From positions 1-48,136 of the IMG/VR virus record IMGVR_UViG_3300033977_000008: DNA of 48,136 nt, one strand, 5' to 3'. Made by a program: the position numbers and the translations under genes. The DNA comes from a virus. A model generated the notes under the pieces. The model did not search any database. It was not told the origin of the DNA and was given only the letters and a program-made list of their open reading frames with translations. The number at the start of each line of letters is the position of its first letter. Within the stretch, counting starts at the first letter, position 1. Shown in pieces: positions 42,534 to 48,136 of the stretch.

Positions 42534-43077
42534 AGAGCGCGCTGAGGTCTATTACCAGTTGCTCAAAGATTTGACTGTCGGCGAGCTTGAGGTCGCGTGT
42601 GAGTTTGCCGCGAAGAACGTGCGGGGGAGATTTCCTTCCCCCGCTGACATTCGCTCGTTTTTGAAAGAAGTTAGAACGCAAGATGAATCCGCCGAAGCAG
42701 AAGCGGCTTGGATTGAGACTGAGCGGTGGGTGTTGAAGCACTTCGATCCCGACAGTGGTTTTCGTTTGTGGGAATCTGAGACCGGTGCGATTTGTGTTGT
42801 GCCATTAGACCGTCACCCTTCCGAAACGGGACTCTGGCATCGCGTGGCGCTTTTGCCCGAGAGGATTCAAGCAACAATTCAGGCCCTCGGCGGTTACGAG
42901 CGCATATGGTACGATCTTCAGAATGACAAGTATCCTTGGGTCAAAAAGGAATTCCTGGAGTCGTACAAGCGAGCGGAGGCTGTGCAAGAGCACCTGCAAT
43001 TGGCACAAGGAAAAGAGCCGAAGCGTTTAGGTGAAGCGGAAACTGCCGGACAGATTTTGAAGCGATTAACTGAATAG
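42391..43077 (+). CDS. Replication-module protein (replisome-organiser-like position)
   Basis: SD GAGGAGAA before ATG 42391. Overlaps the upstream ORF by 143 nt in the +1 frame. Confidence 0.45.
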   Translation: MGEEPRQGNNLKKTLKPADDLSSVIAKWMNVFALSNPDLSGRPQIITEERAEVYYQLLKDLTVGELEVACEFAAKNVRGRFPSPADIRSFLKEVRTQDESAEAEAAWIETERWVLKHFDPDSGFRLWESETGAICVVPLDRHPSETGLWHRVALLPERIQATIQALGGYERIWYDLQNDKYPWVKKEFLESYKRAEAVQEHLQLAQGKEPKRLGEAETAGQILKRLTE

Positions 43078-43092
43078 CAGAGAGGGGTCATC

Positions 43093-43869
43093 ATGCACAC
43101 AAAGCCGCTAAACCGTAAACTCGAAGCGGAAAGATTGCAGGCTCAGATTGAGCATAACGAATGTAGCATAGCCAAAGCGTATTTAGGTTTGGGCGCTATG
43201 TACCGCAAGATGCACACACACCATTTCTACATCGAGTTGGGCTTTGAGACGTGGGAAGCATTCATGGAGAGCCGTGACCTCAGTCGGAGCCGAATTGAGG
43301 ATTTGATTTACGTTTATACGCAGCTTGAAGGTTCGTACTGTCATCGGGACATCATTCAGATCCGGTTTGATAACGGCAAACTGCTGGTCCGGGCATTCGG
43401 TCCAGATGTGCCGAAGCCCTTGCGGAAAGACTTGCTGATTGCGGCAAAGAAACTTGCAAAGCTCGCGTTTCACAAATTCCTGAATGAAAAAAGGCCGAAC
43501 CTCCATCTTCCAGTCGAGCATCCCAAAACCATTGTATTCGATAGTAAAGAGGCTCGCGGGAAGTTAGCGCACGCGATCAACGTGCTAAAGCAAAATGGAG
43601 AAGCTGAGACAGAAGCTCAGGCGGTCGAAGTAATGGCTGAACACGAAATTGCGCGCGACATCGGGCAATTGCCAGCCGGACCGCTTGTAGCTTTAGCACG
43701 CCAAATTCGTGCAGCGGAGGTAGATCGTCTGCATCGGCGAGACGATAGACCAACGGCTGAGCAATGGGCGAATGTAGTTACTTCGCTTGATGCGTTGATG
43801 TCCACTTTAGTTGCTGCGGCGGAAATTCAAGACGACCAAAGGCCAATGCAAGAGGCAGGAGCAGCGTGA
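43093..43869 (+). CDS. Hypothetical DNA-binding-like protein (DUF3102/ParB-HTH-like feel)
   Basis: SD GAGGGG. ...YRKMHTHHFYIELGFETWEAFMESRDLSRSRIEDLIYVY resembles the LGF.sw.e...l..srs..y motif family. Confidence 0.35.
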   Translation: MHTKPLNRKLEAERLQAQIEHNECSIAKAYLGLGAMYRKMHTHHFYIELGFETWEAFMESRDLSRSRIEDLIYVYTQLEGSYCHRDIIQIRFDNGKLLVRAFGPDVPKPLRKDLLIAAKKLAKLAFHKFLNEKRPNLHLPVEHPKTIVFDSKEARGKLAHAINVLKQNGEAETEAQAVEVMAEHEIARDIGQLPAGPLVALARQIRAAEVDRLHRRDDRPTAEQWANVVTSLDALMSTLVAAAEIQDDQRPMQEAGAA

Positions 43870-44159
43870 GAAAACTATTCAAACTGATTGGTGAATGGTC
43901 GGATAGCGTATTCGGTCACGGTCGAAATCCTAGCGGGGCAATAGCACACTTAGCGTTGGAAGTTATCGAACTTGCGGCTAGTCCTTATGATATTGAAGAA
44001 TACGCTGATTGTATTCATTTGATTTTTGACGCGGCTCGGTTAGCTGGGTTTTCGTATGGCCAGCTACTCAGTGCGGTGAGCATAAAACTTGAGAAAAACA
44101 AGAGAAGAAAGTGGGGAAAAGATTTAGGCAATGGAGCAATCGGACACGTCGAACCTTGA
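43866..44159 (+). CDS. MazG-like / DUF550-like nucleoside triphosphate pyrophosphohydrolase
   Basis: W.DSVFG...AIAHLALEVIELAASP...EEYADCIHLIFDAARLAGFS...KLEKNKRRKW fits the all-alpha NTP-PPase pattern (E..E ... E..D). GTGA overlap upstream. Confidence 0.55.
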   Translation: MRKLFKLIGEWSDSVFGHGRNPSGAIAHLALEVIELAASPYDIEEYADCIHLIFDAARLAGFSYGQLLSAVSIKLEKNKRRKWGKDLGNGAIGHVEP

Positions 44160-44355
44160 AATTGTAAAAGCGAAAGCAAAGATAACCGAGCGCATGATAG
44201 CTGAAGCATCGCTACTCGCCATGAAAGGGTTGATCTCGCGCAAGGACTCGTTGTTTGTACGTCAGATGAAAGAAGATTGGGACAAAGGCTGGCGGACTTT
44301 TCGGGAAGAATACGTGGAGAGGCTGCTGAAAATCTGCGAGAGGGAAGCAGCGTGA
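44131..44355 (+). CDS. Hypothetical protein, 74 aa
   Basis: ORF only. Overlaps the end of the MazG-like gene by 29 nt. Confidence 0.35.
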   Translation: MEQSDTSNLEIVKAKAKITERMIAEASLLAMKGLISRKDSLFVRQMKEDWDKGWRTFREEYVERLLKICEREAA

Positions 44356-44720
44356 AGCGTTCCTGGATTCGCCACACAAAGAATCATCCTGCCCGAAGAG
44401 TTACAAAAGACGGCAGAGAAATCCTCTCAGGTTTGGCCTATCGGATGCGATGCTTCGCGCGATGGCAAAAAGATAAGATGGCGTGCGTTCTTTGCTTTCG
44501 CAAGTTGCCAGAATTCAGTACGGCGCTGATTGACCACATTCAGAAGCGGCGAATGGGCGGAGGCTGCCGGGATGACCGAATGGAGAATCTCAGGACACTT
44601 TGTTTCGTATGCCATGATGAACAAGACAACCGAGGTGGCAAGACATTAAATGGCTCAAGAAACTCTGCTGCCAGGGACGCGCATGATTCCGCGTCCTACG
44701 CTCGAATGGGAACTATATAA
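44352..44720 (+). CDS. HNH endonuclease 1
   Basis: CVLCFRKL...IDHIQKRRMGGGCRDDRMENLRTLCFVCHDEQ (CxxC...DH...N...CxxCH). GTGA overlap upstream. Confidence 0.7.
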   Translation: MKRSWIRHTKNHPARRVTKDGREILSGLAYRMRCFARWQKDKMACVLCFRKLPEFSTALIDHIQKRRMGGGCRDDRMENLRTLCFVCHDEQDNRGGKTLNGSRNSAARDAHDSASYARMGTI

Positions 44721-44853
44721 AGGTCAAGAGTTGGTTCGCTACCGCGATTCTCAAGGCTTTGTCCATCGGCTTTTGACTCGCCAGTATTTTGAGGCTGAAG
44801 AGTTCTTTTTCTCATGTCTGAGCAAATTGAGGCGCGAGAGTGCAAAAACCTAG
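44650..44853 (+). CDS. Hypothetical protein, 67 aa
   Basis: ORF only. Overlaps the tail of HNH-1 by 71 nt. Weak RBS. Confidence 0.3.
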   Translation: MAQETLLPGTRMIPRPTLEWELYKGQELVRYRDSQGFVHRLLTRQYFEAEEFFFSCLSKLRRESAKT

Positions 44854-45184
44854 TTACAATACGGGCGCAGCGTGGAAGTCAGGGATTTTGAACCCTCGAT
44901 GGAAAGGCGGAGTACGCACAAATGAAGACGGCTACAGGCGGTTATCTGCGGGTGCTAACCGTGGCAAGTACGAGCATCGAGTAAAAATGGAAATCGTACT
45001 TGGGAAGCCGATACCTCCAGGCTTTGAGGTAGACCACATGGATTTTAACCGGCAACATAATTGTGTAGGCGTAGCAGGATCAGACGGGAAGCCATTACAC
45101 TTTGGGAATCTACTATTGATTGATGGTCGGTTGCATTCAAGGATCGGTCGTAAACCTGGGAGACCGCGCGATGCGCAAGTGTGA
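44840..45184 (+). CDS. HNH endonuclease 2 (HNH_3-like)
   Basis: NPRWKGGVRTNEDGYRRL...KYEHRVKMEIVLGKPIPPGFEVDHMDFNRQHN...NLLLIDGRLH. Confidence 0.7.
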   Translation: MQKPSYNTGAAWKSGILNPRWKGGVRTNEDGYRRLSAGANRGKYEHRVKMEIVLGKPIPPGFEVDHMDFNRQHNCVGVAGSDGKPLHFGNLLLIDGRLHSRIGRKPGRPRDAQV

Positions 45185-45266
45185 TTGGTGCCAAAAATCG
45201 TTTGAGCCGAAGGTCCCTTGGCAGCGATTTTGCTCAAATCAGGGGAAGTGCGCCGATTGTTCTTGA
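45171..45266 (+). CDS. 31-aa zinc-ribbon mini-ORF, family member 2 of 3, absent from the ORF track
   Basis: MRKCDWCQKSFEPKVPWQRFCSNQGKCADCS. Overlaps the end of HNH-2 in another frame. Confidence 0.35.
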   Translation: MRKCDWCQKSFEPKVPWQRFCSNQGKCADCS

Positions 45267-45293
45267 CATATCCATCTATAACGCGTGTATAAT
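45263..45293 (+). promoter_or_regulatory. Consensus-hexamer sigma70 promoter with a leaderless-type start
   Basis: TTGACA (45263..45268)-N19-TATAAT (45288..45293) with a TG at the extended -10 position. GTG 45300 lies 6 nt after the -10. Confidence 0.55.
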
Positions 45294-45299
45294 GCTTCT

Positions 45300-45806
45300 G
45301 TGAGTCCTCAACTTAGGGTCAAAGACATCGGTACGCCGTGTGGTTATTGTTTCGAGCGGTTAGCGACTGGATACGACCATTTAGTACCTCGATCCGCTGG
45401 CGGAAGTAATTCTAAATCCAATCTTTATCCATCCTGCTTACGCTGTAATCTCCTGCTTTCAAACATGATGTTTGCGAGCATTGAGGCAAAGAGGGAATAT
45501 GTCAGAAACAAACTCATCGCAACTGGGGAATGGCACGTGCCGTCAGTGCGGGACGACATTTCAGAAAACGCGCAAACATCAGATTTTTTGCTGCCCGAAG
45601 TGTCGGTACGAACATTGGCGAGCGAGCAACGTCATAACGCCACTCCAGAAGGCTCAGATTCGCCAGATGATACGGGAAGCGCTGAAAGAATGCAAGCCTT
45701 AGTTGATGAATTGATCGAGGTTTTTGAAACAGAGTTTTTAGGCGTTTGGGAAAAGGATAAGTGCTTCAGTTGGACGCGAGAAGAAGGAGCACAGCCTGTT
45801 CTATAG
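45300..45806 (+). CDS. HNH endonuclease 3, with a long C-terminal extension of uncertain reality
   Basis: CGYCFERLATGYDHLVPRSAGGSNSKSNLYPSCLRCNLLLSN. GTG 45300 was chosen because the track start 45285 lies inside the -10 region. Confidence 0.6.
   Translation: MSPQLRVKDIGTPCGYCFERLATGYDHLVPRSAGGSNSKSNLYPSCLRCNLLLSNMMFASIEAKREYVRNKLIATGEWHVPSVRDDISENAQTSDFLLPEVSVRTLASEQRHNATPEGSDSPDDTGSAERMQALVDELIEVFETEFLGVWEKDKCFSWTREEGAQPVL
45499..45702 (+). CDS. Zinc-ribbon mini-protein, family member 3 of 3, embedded in the +1 frame of the HNH-3 ORF
   Basis: SD GAGGGAA before ATG 45499. TCRQCGTTFQKTRKHQIFCCPKCRYEHWR matches the motif of members 1 and 2. Confidence 0.45.
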   Translation: MSETNSSQLGNGTCRQCGTTFQKTRKHQIFCCPKCRYEHWRASNVITPLQKAQIRQMIREALKECKP

Positions 45807-45819
45807 AGTATAGCCAAAC

Positions 45820-46140
45820 ATGGCTCGAAATAAGAACTACGCGGTTGGGAGATACGCCGAGTACCGGACGTGCGAAATCCTGAAACGTCAGGGTTATGTT
45901 GCGATCCGGGCGGCTGGCTCGCATGGGCTGTGGGACGTGTGGGCCTATCGTGAGCACATCGAGGATGATGGATTGCCTTTAGTCCGATTGATTCAGGTAA
46001 AGAAGAACAAGAAACCCACTGCCAAAGAGCGGTGGGCTATTCAGGATGCTATTGTACCGTACTGCTGCTCAAAAGAGATTTGGTTTTTTGCGAAAGCTAG
46101 TCGAGAACCGCAGATTGAGTTTGTGCGGCGAGATTTATAA
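45820..46140 (+). CDS. Hjc/RecU-like PD-(D/E)XK Holliday-junction resolvase homologue
   Basis: GRYAEYRTCEILKRQGYVAIRAAGSHGLWDVWAY...VRLIQVKKNKK parallels Hjc (G..E...L...G..v.R...S.g..D..a...iEvK), but with Q in the E position. Confidence 0.5.
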   Translation: MARNKNYAVGRYAEYRTCEILKRQGYVAIRAAGSHGLWDVWAYREHIEDDGLPLVRLIQVKKNKKPTAKERWAIQDAIVPYCCSKEIWFFAKASREPQIEFVRRDL

Positions 46141-46290
46141 CATCCAGTAAAGTGGATGCCTTTCGCCAATGTCCGCTTGCCAATATAGCCAGTTCACCCA
46201 ATCCTTTAGGATAAAACTTTGCGAGCGCATACGTTCCTGATAGAGTCGGAGACGCTCGCGGGCGAGCCATTGAGCAGTTTCAATTTTCAC
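46135..46290 (-). CDS. 51-aa Trp-rich protein, absent from the ORF track
   Basis: SD GGAGGAAAGC before GTG 46290. Sequence VKIETAQWLARERLRLYQER...WVNWLYWQADIGERHPLYWML. Its stop overlaps the convergent stop of the plus-strand gene. Confidence 0.4.
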   Translation of the reverse strand: MKIETAQWLARERLRLYQERMRSQSFILKDWVNWLYWQADIGERHPLYWML

Positions 46291-46299
46291 GCTTTCCTC

Positions 46300-46608
46300 C
46301 TATTCCACATTTCCCGATTCCCAGCGCTCGCGGTCGTACTGTGTGAGCGGCTGGCCGGTCAGACGTAGGTTTGTCGGCTTATTTAGAAAGCGAAGATACG
46401 AGCCATCCCGAGAAAACTCATGCGTGAAAACAGCAGGACCATAGTCTGCAAAAGCATTGGCAAGCGCTCGCCATGTGCCACCTTGGCCGGGCGCAACCCA
46501 GCAAGTGCCAAGCTCGGCCGGGTGACGGCGATCTTTGGTGATGTCATTTAGCTGTGGCATTGGTCTATGCTCCCGCCGACCGCTGTAGCAATCGGCATTC
46601 CGAAACAT
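46300..46608 (-). CDS. Hypothetical early protein
   Basis: ORF only. The start is uncertain; the internal MPQLND has a GGGAG upstream. Confidence 0.45.
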   Translation of the reverse strand: MFRNADCYSGRREHRPMPQLNDITKDRRHPAELGTCWVAPGQGGTWRALANAFADYGPAVFTHEFSRDGSYLRFLNKPTNLRLTGQPLTQYDRERWESGNVE

Positions 46609-46614
46609 TGAAAC

Positions 46615-46782
46615 CTACTCATTGCGAAAGTAGTCTTTATGCCGGTGCTCGTATTCCTTCAGTGCATCCCACCAGCCATTATTCCAATCTTGTGCTTCTT
46701 TACTGTTAGCTGGATAAGGATTTTGGTTCTCATATTTCCCTTTGTAAAAGTCAGCTTCGCCTTGGTCATGTTTGTCGCTCAT
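46615..46782 (-). CDS. Rmf/CrpP-family-like small protein
   Basis: SD GGAGGG before ATG 46782. GKYENQNPYPANSKEAQDWNNGWWDAL parallels RMF (G..G....CPY.....R..W..GW..A). Confidence 0.45.
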   Translation of the reverse strand: MSDKHDQGEADFYKGKYENQNPYPANSKEAQDWNNGWWDALKEYEHRHKDYFRNE

Positions 46783-46892
46783 AGAGTTTACCCTCCAGAA
46801 CATTCAAACATTCGCGTACATTATTCCGCGCTTCTTTGGCGAAGGACTTTGCGCGGCTGCATGAAGGCTGGCCAGGTTTTGATCACGTCCAC

Positions 46893-47204
46893 TCAGTTCG
46901 CTCCCCTGATGATGGCCGCCGCACGCCTAACGAATCTCAAGTAAGCCTCGGTGAAAGCCTTGACCGACGGTGAACCGTCTGGTGGAAACTCGTTTGGGCA
47001 AGCGTAGAAGCGCGTTCCGTCCAGTTCGACCGCACGCCACTGTGTGTTGGCTCCAGGGTCGCTCTGCTGTTGGGCGCCACACATGACGCATATCATCGTT
47101 TCGCCCACGAAGACGTTCTTGGCCCGCCGCGCCATCTCTTGTCGCGTCACGCCTGCCCCTATCACCGTCACAGTTGGCTTCGGTCGTCTGTGGCTGCGTC
47201 CCAT
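46893..47204 (-). CDS. Hypothetical Cys-containing protein
   Basis: ICVMCGAQQ...FYACPNEF. Its start immediately follows the stop of the upstream gene. Confidence 0.5.
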   Translation of the reverse strand: MGRSHRRPKPTVTVIGAGVTRQEMARRAKNVFVGETMICVMCGAQQQSDPGANTQWRAVELDGTRFYACPNEFPPDGSPSVKAFTEAYLRFVRRAAAIIRGAN

Positions 47205-47654
47205 CTATCTATTTTCGCTTATCCTAAATTTTCGCGCGCCTGGCTTCGCCAATTCGGCCTTCGGCGCGGCTGGCTTCTCCGATTTTGCAGCACTTGCAGG
47301 CTCTACCTGAATGGATGATATTTCGTCCCGGGTTATGCCCTCCGGGACGTAGGGCGCGCTAACCGTGCCGACCGAGCTGTCAGCCCACTCTCCCAAGAAC
47401 TGCCTCCGGAACGGCCCACTATCTCTTCCGGCTACTTCCTCCAGCACCAACCGCGGCGTGAAATCCTCAACGTTGAGACGTAGAGCGTCAAATTCGGCCG
47501 ACGAGATGCTTCCCTGCTTATATAGTTCTCGTAGCGACCCTAGTGACGGTTGTTCTTGCTGCGATGGCGAGCTGATTATCAACGGCTCTCGCTTGGACTG
47601 CAACCGCTCAAGCAGCTTGCGAAAGAGTTTTTTGTTGCGGTCGTCTGCGCTCAT
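47205..47654 (-). CDS. Hypothetical protein with a SHOCT-like segment
   Basis: SLRELYKQGSISSAEFDALRLNV resembles the SHOCT motif (L..L...G.It..Ef). ATGA-type overlap with the upstream gene. Confidence 0.45.
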   Translation of the reverse strand: MSADDRNKKLFRKLLERLQSKREPLIISSPSQQEQPSLGSLRELYKQGSISSAEFDALRLNVEDFTPRLVLEEVAGRDSGPFRRQFLGEWADSSVGTVSAPYVPEGITRDEISSIQVEPASAAKSEKPAAPKAELAKPGARKFRISENR

Positions 47655-48064
47655 GGCCTTACCAGGTTCGGAATGGAATGCGCCTCAATTACCAGGCGCT
47701 CCCATGGCGCCGGGTCGGGCACGCCGTAGAGTACCACGAAAGCGTGCACAAAGGTTAGTACGTTCAAGGAAGGCTCAAGCGTCCACACGCCGGGCGTCAG
47801 CTTCTCCACCCCAAAGGCCAGCAACTCCCCTGTTTCCTCGTTCATTACCGCGCCCTTGGTATTGATCTCCAGAACCATTGCGCCGCTCGGCGGATCGAAG
47901 TATATGGCCACGCCACGCGGGTCTGCTCGGCAAATCAAGTCGCCATTGTGCTGCCTGGGATCTTCGCACCAGCGGAAGCAGAGAATGCCGATGGCCTCGG
48001 CGACGTCCCCCACCGCCGCTTCTACTTCCTGTGACCACTGCGCGAACTGCTCAAACGTCTTCAC
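47651..48064 (-). CDS. Hypothetical early protein, 137 aa; start lies in the terminal repeat
   Basis: SD AAGGAGGAAGC before GTG 48064 (equivalent to position 55). Overlaps the stop of ORF 52..279 by GTGA across the circular junction. Confidence 0.55.
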   Translation of the reverse strand: MKTFEQFAQWSQEVEAAVGDVAEAIGILCFRWCEDPRQHNGDLICRADPRGVAIYFDPPSGAMVLEINTKGAVMNEETGELLAFGVEKLTPGVWTLEPSLNVLTFVHAFVVLYGVPDPAPWERLVIEAHSIPNLVRP

Positions 48065-48136
48065 GCTTCCTCCTTTATGAACGGTCTTGGATCGGCCGGC
48101 AAAGGGAAGCCCGGACTGATACGGCCCAAGCGCTCG
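48010..48136. repeat. Terminal direct repeat, copy 2
   Basis: Exact 127-bp copy of 1..127. The minus-strand ORF starting at 48064 is equivalent to position 55 and overlaps the stop of ORF 52..279 by GTGA. Confidence 0.95.

Noticed and set aside
1-48136. CRISPR arrays, integrase/attP, a CI/Cro-type immunity region, and toxin-antitoxin or known defence cassettes.
   Set aside because: No regularly spaced direct-repeat array is visible. No tyrosine or serine recombinase motifs were recognised. No ORF pair matches a TA or defence signature that I can recognise. These absences rest on reading by eye, not on a profile search.

Overview
The window is a complete, circularly assembled dsDNA tailed-phage genome. 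The first 127 bp are repeated exactly at 48010..48136, so the unique length is about 48,009 bp. All family names below come from reading motifs by eye; no database search was run.

The architecture is podovirus-like, with no tape measure, sheath or tail-tube genes. The plus strand carries, in order:
- a packaging module with a TerS-like HTH protein, a Dam-like methyltransferase homologue, an RHH protein, TerL, a GNAT and a HAD phosphatase
- portal, Bbp19-like protein, small scaffold-like proteins, scaffold and major capsid protein
- a decoration-like protein, adaptor-like protein, an 863-aa nozzle-like protein and three internal virion/ejection proteins
- an ATP-grasp enzyme
- a block of very large S/T/G-rich fibre and spike proteins, all with Sec-type signal peptides and interrupted by a LuxR-type HTH solo
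- an atypical lysis cassette
- a recombination/replication/nuclease module with ERF, a PD-(D/E)XK exonuclease, a MazG-like protein, three HNH nucleases and an Hjc-like resolvase

A minus-strand block of small, mostly unknown genes wraps the circular junction (46135..48064 plus 52..824). Two tandem minus-strand tRNAs, His-GTG and Asp-GTC, lie just upstream of it. No integrase, repressor, DNA polymerase, primase, helicase, CRISPR array or reverse transcriptase was recognisable.

The most interesting observations are:
- an in-frame A AAA AAG slippery heptamer that would fuse the 1170-aa ejection protein to the ATP-grasp enzyme
- signal peptides on six virion-module proteins
- four sigma70-like promoters placed so that the start codon lies 5-7 nt after the -10 (leaderless geometry)
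- two phage tRNAs that both lack U55
- a lysis cassette with no canonical endolysin, containing a holin-like/OMP-barrel fusion and a YkuD-like DUF5675 protein
- two ORF-poor structured regions of roughly 0.6-0.8 kb (39092..39880 and 41537..42134)
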